64,000 nt of DNA. Origin: a virus. The position numbers and the translations under genes were made by a program. Under the pieces are notes generated by a model, which worked only from the letters and a program-made list of their open reading frames with translations, was not told where the DNA came from and did no database searches. Shown piece after piece: positions 48,076 through 58,900 of this stretch (within the stretch, counting starts at the first letter, position 1; each line of letters begins with the position of its first letter). Location of the stretch: positions 34,775 through 98,774 of IMG/VR virus record IMGVR_UViG_3300037883_000122, one strand, 5' to 3'.

Positions 48076-50646
48076 ATGGCTTACGATTTTCTCGAAGCTT
48101 ATGCCCTGTCAAACATCTGGTGCGCTCCCTACCAAGACCGACAAGCGATCCTAGAACTGGCTCGCATGACGCCTGCGGGGGGAGCGTTCAACTACTTCAA
48201 GGTTCAAAACAACACGGTCAATCTGCCGCTGACGAAGACACGCATGCATGTGTATTCGATCGGTCAGGTTGATCCGCTGCTGTTGGGGATCGTACCGAAG
48301 TGGACCTGGAACACGTTTGCAGACGCATGCAACAAGAAGAACTTCATTTGTGACCTGTATGCGAATAGCGGCTTGCAAATGCCGCGCACGCAAAGCTGGT
48401 ACATGGTCACGGAGAATCACAACCTGATCGTGGCAGTGCCGCAGTTGTCACGGATCAACATCAACCTCGACACCGATCCGCTGTTCTTGCGGGTGTACAG
48501 CAATGCGTACTACCGCTCGGAAGCAGCGACGACCAATAGTTCGATCGTGTACGTCGAGGGTCGCACGCCGCTGAACTCGGACCAGATCATCGCCTTGCAG
48601 CAGGACCTGATTAACTACCAGGCCAAGCCGGGCGTAGCCTACGCTTTTGTGAATGGCTACAAGGTGAGCCAGATCGATCCCTACACGGTCAACGTGGGGG
48701 ACGTGGTCGAGTTCGTCTACGATGCGTCAATCTACAAGGTCGTCGACTTCAAGATGACGGACCTGCGTTCGTTCACCTCGATCCTGGACACCAAGGCGAA
48801 GTACCTGCTGCACTATGCGGGTAATGTGAACGAGATCGATTACGAGGATGACATCGATGTCTTCGTGATGAATCCGACGGGTACGGGTCGCTGGACGGGC
48901 GTGTACTATCACCGCAATGCGGGCGACAGTCTGCGCAATGTGACGCACAAGGACTACTCGGTGGTTCCGGCGTACATCAATGCGTTCTGCCAGGATCAAG
49001 GCTGGGACCCGATGGCGTGCTCGTTGCGCCTGCACATCCGCAATGGTGGCTGGGAGCGCAGTCTGGTGTTCGAGAACAATCGGATTCACGAGCTGTACAA
49101 GCTCTCGGATGCGAACATTCTCGGTGCGATGCTGGGAGTGAATTCGAACCTGTCGAACTTCCGGGCCGACACGCTCGAGAACGCAGCCTACACGGCGATC
49201 ATGGGTGCGCAAGTGCCGGTGCTCGATAAGGCCACGGTAGAAAGCGCGCTGGGTTACAACGCGATCAGCAAGGTGTTGGGCGATACGCCTGCGCCGACGT
49301 TCATGTCGTCGAACCAGCTGGTGGCCAATACCCCGTACGGGCTGCAAGCAAAGTCCACCGGTTACGAGTACGATGCCAATGGCTATCTGCTCGGCTACGC
49401 GTCGCACCAGGTTGGCTCAACCTACGTCTGCTCCCAAACCGGTGCGACGATGGTGGAGATGATCTCGGGCATTGCGAACAACACGCTCGATGAAGTGTAC
49501 GGCGCGAAGGTGACGACGCTGGACCCGGCAGTAGATTACCGCATGTACGTCTGCCCGATCGTGAATGGTCAACCCACGAACGTCTGGTCGGATGTGACGG
49601 GGAGCGCTCAGTACGCGGTACAGAACAACGTACTGACGTGGCTGATCGATCGCACCCAGTTCTACACGTTAGTGCGCGGTGACCGTTACTTCCTGGGCTA
49701 TTCCCTGGATTTGACGACCACTGATGGGTTGCTGGAGTTCAGTCTCTCGCATCTGCAAACGCGCAATGGCGTGACGTCGAACTGGATCATGCAAGTCCCG
49801 ATGGGCGAGCTCGATCTGTGGCTGAACAACAAGTCGCTGGTGGAAGGGGTCGATTACTTCGTCAACTTCCCGCAGGTGATGATCGTCAACAAGGCGTTCC
49901 TGAACGCGGGCTCACCGACGCAACACGTGGTGATTCGCTTCACGGGGTTCTGCAACAGTGACCTCAGCCGGACACCGCAGGATGACAAGGGTTTCGTGCA
50001 GTGGGGGACTCTTTCGAACAATAACCGGTTCGACATCCGGGACGACAAGGTGCTGCGTATTCAGGTGAATGGTAAAACCCTTCCCCGAAGCGCCCTAACG
50101 TTCCAGGAAGGCACGGCGGGAGTGAGTGTACCCAATGCCCTGAACGGCACGCCCTACCTCGTACGCGACATCGTAGTGCCTTTGCGAGGCCTTACTGCGA
50201 CTGACACGTACACGTTGCGCGCAGCGTCGATCGTAATCGACAATGCCGTAGCGGCGTACATGACGCAGTACTTCGACATGCCAGGCAATGACGGGGATGA
50301 TCAGATCGAGCAGTTGTATCAGATCTTCAGTCCGTTTTGCTGCAAGATGATCTACGACTTGAATGCTGGGACGTTGGACGATCCGCGGATGTATCAGCAG
50401 TACAACGACACGGTCGTGCGTTCGCTGTGTGCGCCGTACGAGTACTTGCTGAAGGTGGACCCGTCGCAACCTGCGTGTGCTGTCGACCCGAACTTCGTCG
50501 TCATCCAGCCGCATAACCTGAACACGGTGATCCCGATGTCGATCTACCATTACCGGTTCTTGCAGCGTGCGGTCAACCTTTATTTGAACGGCCTGGTGAA
50601 TCTCTCCGGAGCCGTGTCGATTGAAACTTACACGGGTGGAACCTGA
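48076..50646 (+). CDS. Baseplate/virion structural protein (phiKZ gp27 position)
   Basis: 856 aa, NIWCAPYQDRQ N-terminus, synteny. Confidence 0.65.
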   Translation: MAYDFLEAYALSNIWCAPYQDRQAILELARMTPAGGAFNYFKVQNNTVNLPLTKTRMHVYSIGQVDPLLLGIVPKWTWNTFADACNKKNFICDLYANSGLQMPRTQSWYMVTENHNLIVAVPQLSRININLDTDPLFLRVYSNAYYRSEAATTNSSIVYVEGRTPLNSDQIIALQQDLINYQAKPGVAYAFVNGYKVSQIDPYTVNVGDVVEFVYDASIYKVVDFKMTDLRSFTSILDTKAKYLLHYAGNVNEIDYEDDIDVFVMNPTGTGRWTGVYYHRNAGDSLRNVTHKDYSVVPAYINAFCQDQGWDPMACSLRLHIRNGGWERSLVFENNRIHELYKLSDANILGAMLGVNSNLSNFRADTLENAAYTAIMGAQVPVLDKATVESALGYNAISKVLGDTPAPTFMSSNQLVANTPYGLQAKSTGYEYDANGYLLGYASHQVGSTYVCSQTGATMVEMISGIANNTLDEVYGAKVTTLDPAVDYRMYVCPIVNGQPTNVWSDVTGSAQYAVQNNVLTWLIDRTQFYTLVRGDRYFLGYSLDLTTTDGLLEFSLSHLQTRNGVTSNWIMQVPMGELDLWLNNKSLVEGVDYFVNFPQVMIVNKAFLNAGSPTQHVVIRFTGFCNSDLSRTPQDDKGFVQWGTLSNNNRFDIRDDKVLRIQVNGKTLPRSALTFQEGTAGVSVPNALNGTPYLVRDIVVPLRGLTATDTYTLRAASIVIDNAVAAYMTQYFDMPGNDGDDQIEQLYQIFSPFCCKMIYDLNAGTLDDPRMYQQYNDTVVRSLCAPYEYLLKVDPSQPACAVDPNFVVIQPHNLNTVIPMSIYHYRFLQRAVNLYLNGLVNLSGAVSIETYTGGT

Positions 50647-52337
50647 TGTCAACAGCACAAGTAACGGGGACCGATGGCGTCGTGCCGATTTACAATCCGG
50701 ACGGTCGGTTCCAGATCTACGCATTGCCGGAGATCTTCACAGGGGGTCCGGGTACGAACATGTACGTGCCCAACCCGAACGACTACGTGGTCAATCCTGC
50801 CACGAACGAGTGGTATCGTGTCGCATCGGTCGATCAGACCACCCTGCTCAGCACGCTCGTCCCGCTGGCCACCACGGCGGTCGGTGCGTTTAACCCGTCC
50901 GATCTCCTGATGGGTGTCGGTCCGGGCACGCAGTCCGATACCTACCGTGCTTATCTGGACCAAAGCGTCATGCCGTATCGCATGGCGGTGGACGTCCGTC
51001 TGCAAGTCGCGGGTACCATGGCTTCGTACGCCAAGGTGTTCCGTGGCGCGATCCTGGGCACTACCGGTCAGGTGATCTCGGCGTTCTACGATCAGTCGGG
51101 CAATCTGCTGGGCGAGAACGTGCCGCTGGAGCTGGTCGCGACCGATAACGTGACGAACGTCTCGATCAAGGTCGTGAAGCCGTTCTACACCAAGGTGGCG
51201 ATGGTTGACGGTGAGATCATCACCGTGGTCATTTACGCAGCGGACGGGACGGTGCTCTCCAAGCGTCAGTTGCTGGTCGAGAACACCGCGTTCATTCGCA
51301 CGACCGATGCGTCCGAGAAGTACATCACGGGCATCTCGATGACTTCGCCGTTCCTGTCCTCGAGCGATCCGAGCACGCTTCTGTATCCGATCAACGTACC
51401 GAAGAGCGGCCTGAACCTGATGGGTCTGGTCGAGTACAGCGACGGTACCACGGCACAGATGCCGGTGGATGGCACGAAGTTCAGTCTCATGGGGCTGGAC
51501 AACTACGTGGCCACGATCGTCGGTCAGAAGTTCCCGCTGGTGCTCAAGTACAGTCTCTCGCCGAACGAGATTGTCTACGGCGCGTCGGCGAATACCGATG
51601 GCTCGGGTGGTGCAGCCTTCATCACCGAATCGTACAAGGGTACGACCGATAACATGGATGGCGCGTACACGGTGAAGCTCTTCTGTGTGCCGGTGTTCAT
51701 CGACTCGGTCAACGGCTGGCGTCTGGATTGGTACCTCTTCAATCTGGATCGCAACACCGCTCAACTGGTCACGCCGTACGTGAAGTTCGCAAACAACTCT
51801 CCGGCGTTCCTGCCGAAGGGTTACGGGGTGAACCAGCAGATCCAGGTGCAGATCACGCTCTCGGACGTCAACCCGTCCTTCAAGAATGTGCAGTTCACCG
51901 AAACGCTCGGCATCATTCTGTATCGTGACGGCACGGACCACACGGGAACCAACTGGACGGTATCCTACGATCCGGGTCAAACGCCTGCCTACGGTTTGAA
52001 CACGCACGCCTCGACGACGTTCGTGAATCAGAACCTGATGCAAGTGAAGATCGATCAGGGTCTGACGGATCAGGAAGCCTGGCTGGATCAGGTGTACTAC
52101 CCGGCTAAGCCGCTCACCGATCCGACTCAGGAAACGGTGCCGCCGGTGCCGAACATGTTTGCGTTCGTATTGCCTTCGGGTGACGTTGAGTTCCCGATCT
52201 CGCAATGGAATAGCCAACTGGCGCTGTCCACAGTCGTGCCGAACGGCGGGACGCTGCTCGTGAAGTTCTTCTTCCGCACCTCGGAGAATGACCTCGAGTT
52301 GGCGCTCTGCCCGATGACGGTCTGGCAAACCAACTAA
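50646..52337 (+). CDS. Baseplate/virion structural protein (phiKZ gp26 position)
   Basis: TGATG coupling, beta-rich sequence, convergent with the terminase gene. Confidence 0.65.
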   Translation: MSTAQVTGTDGVVPIYNPDGRFQIYALPEIFTGGPGTNMYVPNPNDYVVNPATNEWYRVASVDQTTLLSTLVPLATTAVGAFNPSDLLMGVGPGTQSDTYRAYLDQSVMPYRMAVDVRLQVAGTMASYAKVFRGAILGTTGQVISAFYDQSGNLLGENVPLELVATDNVTNVSIKVVKPFYTKVAMVDGEIITVVIYAADGTVLSKRQLLVENTAFIRTTDASEKYITGISMTSPFLSSSDPSTLLYPINVPKSGLNLMGLVEYSDGTTAQMPVDGTKFSLMGLDNYVATIVGQKFPLVLKYSLSPNEIVYGASANTDGSGGAAFITESYKGTTDNMDGAYTVKLFCVPVFIDSVNGWRLDWYLFNLDRNTAQLVTPYVKFANNSPAFLPKGYGVNQQIQVQITLSDVNPSFKNVQFTETLGIILYRDGTDHTGTNWTVSYDPGQTPAYGLNTHASTTFVNQNLMQVKIDQGLTDQEAWLDQVYYPAKPLTDPTQETVPPVPNMFAFVLPSGDVEFPISQWNSQLALSTVVPNGGTLLVKFFFRTSENDLELALCPMTVWQTN

Positions 52338-52346
52338 CGCTTTGGC

Positions 52347-52385
52347 GTCATAGAGCCGCAGGGTTTCCCCTGCGGCTCCTATGCC
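52347..52385. terminator. Bidirectional hairpin GTCATAG-stem-CTATGCC
   Basis: Stem agccgcaggg/ccctgcggct at a convergent junction. Confidence 0.72.
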
Positions 52386-52388
52386 GTT

Positions 52389-54659
52389 TTATCGCCAGGG
52401 GCGATTAGCAGCGGTCGCGTACACACCGTAACCACTCGGTGCGCCAAACACGTCACGGTGCGTAACTGGCACATCACTCGTCGTGAGCATGCCGGTGTTA
52501 TGCCCCAGGAACGTGTTGTTCTGCTGCTGTTGATACAGATTCGAATGACGAACCTTATTCTTCTTGGTTTCCCGCGCTGAGCGAATCAGTTCGTCCACCG
52601 AGTAGATCTCGTCCTGTTCCAGAATAATCTTCCGGTCCAGCAAACGCAGCTCTTGTTCCAAACGTTGGGAGACAAAGTCATCATGTTCTCCCGTGAGCTC
52701 GTTGTAGATCTCTTCGATGCGACTACGGAAGGCTTGCTGCTCCATCCGGCGGTAGAAGTCACTAGCCGACTCCTGCTGCGGCGTCTTGACCGCACACATG
52801 ACCTGGCGCGGATCGATGCCGTAGTGTTGCAGGTTCTTGCCGTGCATGAGGAACCAGTGGCACAGCAGCCAGCCGATCACCAAGTCGTCGTGTTCGCCGT
52901 CTTCGTGGTCGATGCGACCATTCTTGTACACGAGACCGAGGATCTGACCTGCCAACATCTTGTCGTGCACCTTCATGCCAGCGCGTTGTGCGGCAGCTTG
53001 CAGCACCTGACCATACAACGCATTGCGGCTGTTGGCACCCGAACCCGAAGTCGCATAACCGAAGGTCGTCTTGTAGCGCACGAAGATGTCGGTCGGACGA
53101 CGACCCATCGGCACCTTGATTTCCTTGTAGCGATCCGGATACTCGTCGTAATCCTGCACCACCTTGTTGAAGATACGCTTGAACGGATCTTCCCCGTAGT
53201 TCGGCATCATCAGCAACAGGTAATCCAGCAGCATCGCCCCAGTGGAACGACGCTCAATCACGGCGGTGATATTCTGGTAACGCACCAGCGTATCGCAGAC
53301 CCACTTCGAGAACGTAATCAGGTTCGTCTCATTGTAGGAACCCGCTGCCACCACATCGAGTGTTTCCACATCCATCAAGACAAGTGAGATGTCATCGCCG
53401 CCTCCTGCTTCGGAGGTGTCCATGCCCAGTACAAACTTGCCTGTGGCCATGCGCTCTTCGATCTCTTCCTGCGGAATGTACCAACGCGTGATGTAGCCAT
53501 CCGGATCGCTGATCGAGGTGTACATCTCGTCCAGACGGGAGGCTGCAATCATCTCGGCAGTACCGGTCGAGAGCGGGGAGCTTTCCGTACCCGAAGTCCA
53601 CAGGTTGAAGTAATCTCGATTCGCATCGTCGCCCGTTTGCAGCGATTCTTCGATCTTCTGGCGCAGCCATTCGTCGCTCTTGCCCAACTGACGGTGGCTG
53701 AACGTACCGTTGATACGGAACTTGCCCGCACGGTTGTTCTGACGCACCATCTTGTCGAGCTCGGCCCAGTTGCGGCAGTCGAAGAACTTCTCGGTCCAGG
53801 TCGAGGACTCTTCGATGAGCTTGTAGATGAAACGCCCGTCCTTGTCGTCCTTCTTGCCTGCAGTCGTCGTCAGGATGGTACCGTACGGGGCGCCTGCGGC
53901 CTTCGCACGCTCCACTGCAGCACCAGTAGCAGCCAGGGCTGCCGGAAGCGCAATGGCGATGTTCGGCTGGAACGGCGGCTCGTCGATGTGGAAGATCGCG
54001 GTCGTCAAACCCCGACCCATGTTGTACGCACGCTTCGGGCTCGATTGCGGCACGTGCGTGTTGTACGAATTACCCAGCGCCTTCACGGTCACTTCTTCAC
54101 CGTTCTGCGCATCGTCCTTCGTACGTTGACTCAGGTACGGCGGGAGTTCCGCCATGATTTCCTTGATCCGCTCGATGTTCTTGCGGCGCAGGTTATCGTC
54201 CTTCGTCAACAGGTTGATAGACGTGTCGGTACAGACCAGGTTCATCAGGTAATTCATCAGCGTATCGGTCGAGAACGATTTACCGGTCTGACGAGGCTGA
54301 ATCAACGTGAAGAACACGTGGTTAAAGAACGACCAGAACAACGCGATGTTGGCCCGGTTGGCTTCCAGTGGTACGGCATCACTACCGGAGTTGCCAGGTG
54401 CTCGGGCAATCTCTCGGAAGAAGTACCACGGGTTCACCTTACACTCGGCGGCGATCATGTACATCTGGTCAGCCGTCAAATGCTTACTGAATGGGTCGAC
54501 TCCCTGCAGCTTCGGATTAACGAGCGCAAGGAGGAAAGCGTGATTCTTGATACCCATGCTGCGATACACCGCGGCCAGACGAATCCAGGACTTATTAGTC
54601 GTCTGCGTGTCGATGATTGCAGTGGGATATCGAAACCAATCTTCCTCAAACAGGATCAT
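52389..54659 (-). CDS. terL: Terminase large subunit
   Basis: Walker A PRQTGKS, Walker B HIDE, coupling motif TTT, nuclease GMDTS and HDD motifs. Confidence 0.92.
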   Translation of the reverse strand: MILFEEDWFRYPTAIIDTQTTNKSWIRLAAVYRSMGIKNHAFLLALVNPKLQGVDPFSKHLTADQMYMIAAECKVNPWYFFREIARAPGNSGSDAVPLEANRANIALFWSFFNHVFFTLIQPRQTGKSFSTDTLMNYLMNLVCTDTSINLLTKDDNLRRKNIERIKEIMAELPPYLSQRTKDDAQNGEEVTVKALGNSYNTHVPQSSPKRAYNMGRGLTTAIFHIDEPPFQPNIAIALPAALAATGAAVERAKAAGAPYGTILTTTAGKKDDKDGRFIYKLIEESSTWTEKFFDCRNWAELDKMVRQNNRAGKFRINGTFSHRQLGKSDEWLRQKIEESLQTGDDANRDYFNLWTSGTESSPLSTGTAEMIAASRLDEMYTSISDPDGYITRWYIPQEEIEERMATGKFVLGMDTSEAGGGDDISLVLMDVETLDVVAAGSYNETNLITFSKWVCDTLVRYQNITAVIERRSTGAMLLDYLLLMMPNYGEDPFKRIFNKVVQDYDEYPDRYKEIKVPMGRRPTDIFVRYKTTFGYATSGSGANSRNALYGQVLQAAAQRAGMKVHDKMLAGQILGLVYKNGRIDHEDGEHDDLVIGWLLCHWFLMHGKNLQHYGIDPRQVMCAVKTPQQESASDFYRRMEQQAFRSRIEEIYNELTGEHDDFVSQRLEQELRLLDRKIILEQDEIYSVDELIRSARETKKNKVRHSNLYQQQQNNTFLGHNTGMLTTSDVPVTHRDVFGAPSGYGVYATAANRPWR

Positions 54660-54755
54660 GGTTTATCCCCTACGTGTGGTTGGACAATGGTCTAAGATCA
54701 TAAAACCGGAAGTGACTCCGTACTTAAACCGCATTATACGTGTCATAACAAGTAG

Positions 54756-54798
54756 GGCATAAACCCCCAGCAATCCCGTGGAATCGCTGGGGGTATGC
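54756..54798 (-). terminator. Hairpin followed on the minus strand by TTTATGCC
   Basis: cccccagc/gctggggg stem flanked by GGCATAA and TATGC. Confidence 0.6.
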
Positions 54799-54808
54799 AG
54801 TAGGAGCT

Positions 54809-55216
54809 TTACACCAGTTCCTCTTTGAGCACCAGTAATTTGTCCGTGAGCAGGTCCACGTACGCGTCAATAGCGGCTCGTTTATGGATCTCTTCGTCGG
54901 CGAACTCAGGGATCAAAGGCGGGAAAGTCACTTCCAGTCGACATGCCTGCTTCATGAGTTCAGGGGCGTCGAAGGTGGCACGTGAGAAGACGTAGTAGAC
55001 CGTGTAGGTCCGCGTCGGCATGCCCTTCCACTCGTACTCCTTCAGGAACTCTTTGCGCTGGCAGTAGATGGTGATGTCGTAACCAGATTGGTGAATCACG
55101 CGTAACATATTCGCACGCTCGGTCTGGATCACGACAGCCTGGCTGACCTTCTTGGGGCCTTTAACGCGCTCGATCCACAAGTACCCTCGAGTGAGTAAAC
55201 GCTTTAAGACAGACAT
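54809..55216 (-). CDS. Hypothetical protein
   Basis: ORF between codirectional genes. Confidence 0.6.
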   Translation of the reverse strand: MSVLKRLLTRGYLWIERVKGPKKVSQAVVIQTERANMLRVIHQSGYDITIYCQRKEFLKEYEWKGMPTRTYTVYYVFSRATFDAPELMKQACRLEVTFPPLIPEFADEEIHKRAAIDAYVDLLTDKLLVLKEELV

Positions 55217-55243
55217 CGCTGAACCTGGTCGTAGTGACCAAGC

Positions 55244-56503
55244 CTATGCCGCGAGTTTCGTCGGGTATCCTACGGCACTCTGAGCGTAGTAGCGCATGGA
55301 GTACGCACGTGCAATCAGGTACAACAGAATCCCAGTCCGAACCGCAGCAATCACACTGGTGTTCTTATTGTTCGTCGCGAGCTTCACGATCTTTTCTGCT
55401 TTCTCACGCAGCGAGAAGAGCGCGGGATCGGTAGAACGCGAGCTCATGTAAACGCCACGCAGTCGTGTGAGTAGGCTGGCCAAATCCGTGGAATTCCTCA
55501 CCAAGCTCCGATTCTCTGCCAGATAGTCGAAACTGTGGATAAGGGTCTCGTTCAACAACTCTTCAATCATCGAGGCCCCTGACTGACGATAATTGTCCGA
55601 CATCCATTCCAGGGAACGACGGAATAGAATCGGCGGCATCGTCTTCATTTGCTTTTCGATGACGGTCACGAGCTCCTCGCGAATGAACGAGTTGCGGTCC
55701 GTGATAATCGAGTTGATGTAACGCGTGTATGCCAAGAGGTTCTTGGACTTGTCCTTCAAGATCTCGACGCCGTCGTGCTCGACCATGCTGCTGGTCGAAC
55801 TGATCTTGATGCCCTGACGATGCACCTGCAAGAAGACGTCGTAAATGTTCTTCAACATGTCACGAATCCGGCCCTGCGTGTCATTGAGCAGATAGACGAC
55901 CGAGCTATCGGGGTTCATCGTCTCAATGGCGAGGTGGTGTAGGCCTGTGGGAGAGATGATCTCCTCAGCACGCGCGTTGAGCACCCCGGCCCAACTACCG
56001 TACTGTTTGATGGCATACTTGTACGTCAGCTGCGCGTAGGTGGCTTCTGCCGTTGCACGATCCGCCGGATATTTGAAATGCCGATACAGGCGGGATGTGA
56101 GAAACTTGTACTGCAGTACCAGAGCCACATCCATCATGGCTTCGTGGCGTTGGTGGTCGCTCAGCTTCTTGGAGATGAGCAATGCGTGCATGAGCCAGGC
56201 GCACGAGAGGTTCATCGTGTCCGACGAGACGTTGAAGTCTGCGTTCACGGTCGGCAGTGCCAACAGCCGCTCTTCGAGTGCACCTTCGTCAGCGTGGAGA
56301 ATCTCGTGAAACCATTGGTCCCGATCAGCATCGGTAAAACGCACCACCTGCACACCGGTCAGGTTCCCGCCAAAGAACTCGATGTGGTCCTGGTTTTTGT
56401 GGGCGAAACCAACGGTATACAAATGGAGGCGTTTGGCCAGTTGCGCATCGATGGCGAGATCGGCACACTCGTCCTCAAATACGCCCTTGATAGAAACGTC
56501 CAT
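55244..56503 (-). CDS. Conserved hypothetical/virion protein of phiKZ-like phages
   Basis: 419-aa ORF with GAGGA SD. Confidence 0.65.
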   Translation of the reverse strand: MDVSIKGVFEDECADLAIDAQLAKRLHLYTVGFAHKNQDHIEFFGGNLTGVQVVRFTDADRDQWFHEILHADEGALEERLLALPTVNADFNVSSDTMNLSCAWLMHALLISKKLSDHQRHEAMMDVALVLQYKFLTSRLYRHFKYPADRATAEATYAQLTYKYAIKQYGSWAGVLNARAEEIISPTGLHHLAIETMNPDSSVVYLLNDTQGRIRDMLKNIYDVFLQVHRQGIKISSTSSMVEHDGVEILKDKSKNLLAYTRYINSIITDRNSFIREELVTVIEKQMKTMPPILFRRSLEWMSDNYRQSGASMIEELLNETLIHSFDYLAENRSLVRNSTDLASLLTRLRGVYMSSRSTDPALFSLREKAEKIVKLATNNKNTSVIAAVRTGILLYLIARAYSMRYYAQSAVGYPTKLAA

Positions 56504-56545
56504 TTAGGGTCCTCTGTGGGCTACGGATACACAGAATGTGGCAAC

Positions 56546-56575
56546 GGCATAGAGGCGGAGCCGCAGCCCCGCCTC
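56546..56575 (-). terminator. Hairpin followed on the minus strand by CTATGCC
   Basis: gaggcgg/ccgcctc stem preceded on + by GGCATAG. Confidence 0.55.
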
Positions 56576-56609
56576 CGTACCGAACGACTAATCCGTTCCT
56601 GGATTGGTC

Positions 56610-57788
56610 TTACTTGTGGATACGCACACGTTGACGCGGCGCAATGGTCACCACGCGAACGCGGTAGCTTTCCATTGCAGCGTCACTGTTAGCGATCGGA
56701 GCAGTCGGGTCACCGCCGGTGGAATCCGCCGGGTTGATCTGACCGTCCTTCTTCGGCAGCGGAACCTTGTCGTCCCCTGCACCGATGGCCGCCTGTGCTT
56801 CAGGGCTCATCGCACCCGGATCGTTGGGCAGTGCCTGGACAGGCTGAACGACCGGTTGACCCGTGTCGCTATTGCCTTCTTGGTCTTCCGTTGCCACACC
56901 CGGACGAACCGGCTTAGGCAACGGACCACGCGTCGAACCGCCTTCCAGTGCCGGAGCCACGCCAGTGTTGTCACCATCCGGTGCTTGGCCGTCGGTCGCA
57001 GCACCTGCATCGACCGGCGTTGCCGCTTCTTCACGGGCGATCTTCGCGATGTTCACGACAGCAGCCGTGATCGACGGATCTTTCGGGCAGGGCTCGGTTG
57101 CCGGGTCACCCTTCGAACCTTCACCGCCTTGTTGATCCTTCACATCGCCGAGCGTACCGACGCCGTCAGCACCCGGATTGCCGCCGTTGCCCAGATCGGT
57201 TTCCGGATTCACGCGAGCTTCGACGAATTCTTCGAACGAACGATAGAACTTGCCACCCAGACGCTTGGTCAGGGCTTCCATCGCTTCGGACAGATATTCG
57301 ACTTCTTCTTGCGGAGCCGAACCAGCACCGTTGGCACCCGGCAGGGTCGAATCAACGACCACCACGAATTCCTTCGGCTTGGTTTCTTCGTCTTCGTTCA
57401 TCAGCGCGTCAGCGACATCGACGACATCCGAATCCTGGATGTCTTGCTTGGCTACGCCATAGACTTGCAGGTCAGCACCGGAGCCAGGGAACGAAGCACC
57501 CATCTCGGCACCACCTTCGACCGTGCTCGACGTAATCGGTTGGGCGGTTTGTTCTGCGTTGTTGTTGATGGACTCGACGATCTTCTGCATGATCGTGACG
57601 TCCTGCGCTTGGGATTCGGTAGCGACCACGCGTTCGCCTTCGGACGGGGCCTTAGCATACGCGACGTCCAGGGCCTTGGTGAAGATCTCGGACAGCGGAC
57701 CACTCATGACAATGGTCGGCTCGTTCGGACGACGGCTCGTCTCGATCTGCTCGCCCTCCAAGGCCATACGGAACATGCTCTTGCTCAT
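56610..57788 (-). CDS. Acidic low-complexity head protein with many A-x-E sites
   Basis: GAGGA SD before ATG 57788. Sites ALE, ATE, AME, ALE, ATE, AME. Confidence 0.65.
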   Translation of the reverse strand: MSKSMFRMALEGEQIETSRRPNEPTIVMSGPLSEIFTKALDVAYAKAPSEGERVVATESQAQDVTIMQKIVESINNNAEQTAQPITSSTVEGGAEMGASFPGSGADLQVYGVAKQDIQDSDVVDVADALMNEDEETKPKEFVVVVDSTLPGANGAGSAPQEEVEYLSEAMEALTKRLGGKFYRSFEEFVEARVNPETDLGNGGNPGADGVGTLGDVKDQQGGEGSKGDPATEPCPKDPSITAAVVNIAKIAREEAATPVDAGAATDGQAPDGDNTGVAPALEGGSTRGPLPKPVRPGVATEDQEGNSDTGQPVVQPVQALPNDPGAMSPEAQAAIGAGDDKVPLPKKDGQINPADSTGGDPTAPIANSDAAMESYRVRVVTIAPRQRVRIHK

Positions 57789-58426
57789 GGGTTCTTCCTC
57801 TAGGGTGTAGGAACGGAAAAAGGTGCTCACAATATTTGAGCCTACAGGATAAAAGATCACCAGCGTAGGCGGGTCCTAACAGGATAGAAGAGCACGATAA
57901 ATTCCCGCCGCCCGCCGCGCCCCCAAGAAAGGTTTGCAACGCTGGACGGGTTTTCGGCCATGCGGTGTCATTCATGTACTATCTAAACTAATGCCTGTCC
58001 AAACAATCTCTGTCGCTATCGCTCTGGTCTTTTCCTTCCCCTCGCGCCAGCGCTCGATCTTCCTTTGCGACAGCCCTGCCAAACTTTTTAAAAAAGGGGG
58101 AGGGGGACAAGCCCTCCCCCGGCTAGTGACAGACAAGTTTGCTAAGTACTTGATTACAAAGACTATTTCTCTATTCTAGTAAAAAAATACTGCATAGCTT
58201 ATCACTTATGTGTCAAGGAGCAGAGCGACGCGGAGCGAAGCGGAGTAGGGAATAATAGCGTAGAGGGGGCGGGAGCCCCCTCTTTATTATACTCCCAGAG
58301 AGGATAGCGCTTGGAATCATAATCTGTAAGAATAAGATATTTTCTTACCAGAAGTAGAACTCGTGAAAATCGGGCCGGGCACACGCCTGGCTCTTATGAC
58401 GTCAAAGCTTGATCCTAGAATATTTC

Positions 58427-58439
58427 AAACCTATATTCT
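58427..58439 (+). promoter_or_regulatory. Early promoter variant AAACCTATATTCT
   Basis: Similar to the 63037 motif. Heads a cluster of small genes. Confidence 0.5.
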
Positions 58440-58510
58440 ACGGGTGAGCTAGAGCAAGTAGAAAGTTCTAAGCTTGGTTAATTCCTTCCTCTCAAGCAAT
58501 TGGAGAACAC

Positions 58511-58900
58511 ATGAACACCATCGCCACGCAACGTAAGCCCATCCGTATCAGCTTTGTCGAACGCATGGTTCGCTACTATCCGAACTACGTGCACGCGCAG
58601 TCTTACCTGAAGGTGTTCCTGCGGGACAATCCGAATCAGGAAGGCATGGTGACGACCGTCGGTGATGACTGGACGGACGTGTCGCGCTGGATGGATAATA
58701 ACCCGAACCATCCGGAAGTGGATGAAGTCCGGGTGTTGGTGTTGCGCTGGAAACCGTTTCAACAAGACGTCACGGTGATCAAGAATAATACCGTGATCAC
58801 GTTGGATAGCCTGATGGTGACGCATGACCATCAGTCGAATGAATGGCAAGCCCATGAGTTCCGTGATCAATACGCTGATCGCTATCCGCAGCACTGCTAA
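58511..58900 (+). CDS. Hypothetical early protein
   Basis: GGAGA SD. Confidence 0.75.
   Translation: MNTIATQRKPIRISFVERMVRYYPNYVHAQSYLKVFLRDNPNQEGMVTTVGDDWTDVSRWMDNNPNHPEVDEVRVLVLRWKPFQQDVTVIKNNTVITLDSLMVTHDHQSNEWQAHEFRDQYADRYPQHC

Noticed and set aside
30018-54659. Introns or inteins in RNAP or terminase genes
   Set aside because: The frames are continuous, sizes are ordinary, and no intein splice motifs or embedded endonucleases were recognised.
1659-54695. Many long antisense ORFs (e.g. 1659..3182, 26659..28158, 30057..31622, 44620..46821, 50649..52328)
   Set aside because: They are in-register shadows of real genes caused by strong codon bias. They are His/Arg/Val-rich with no motifs or SD.
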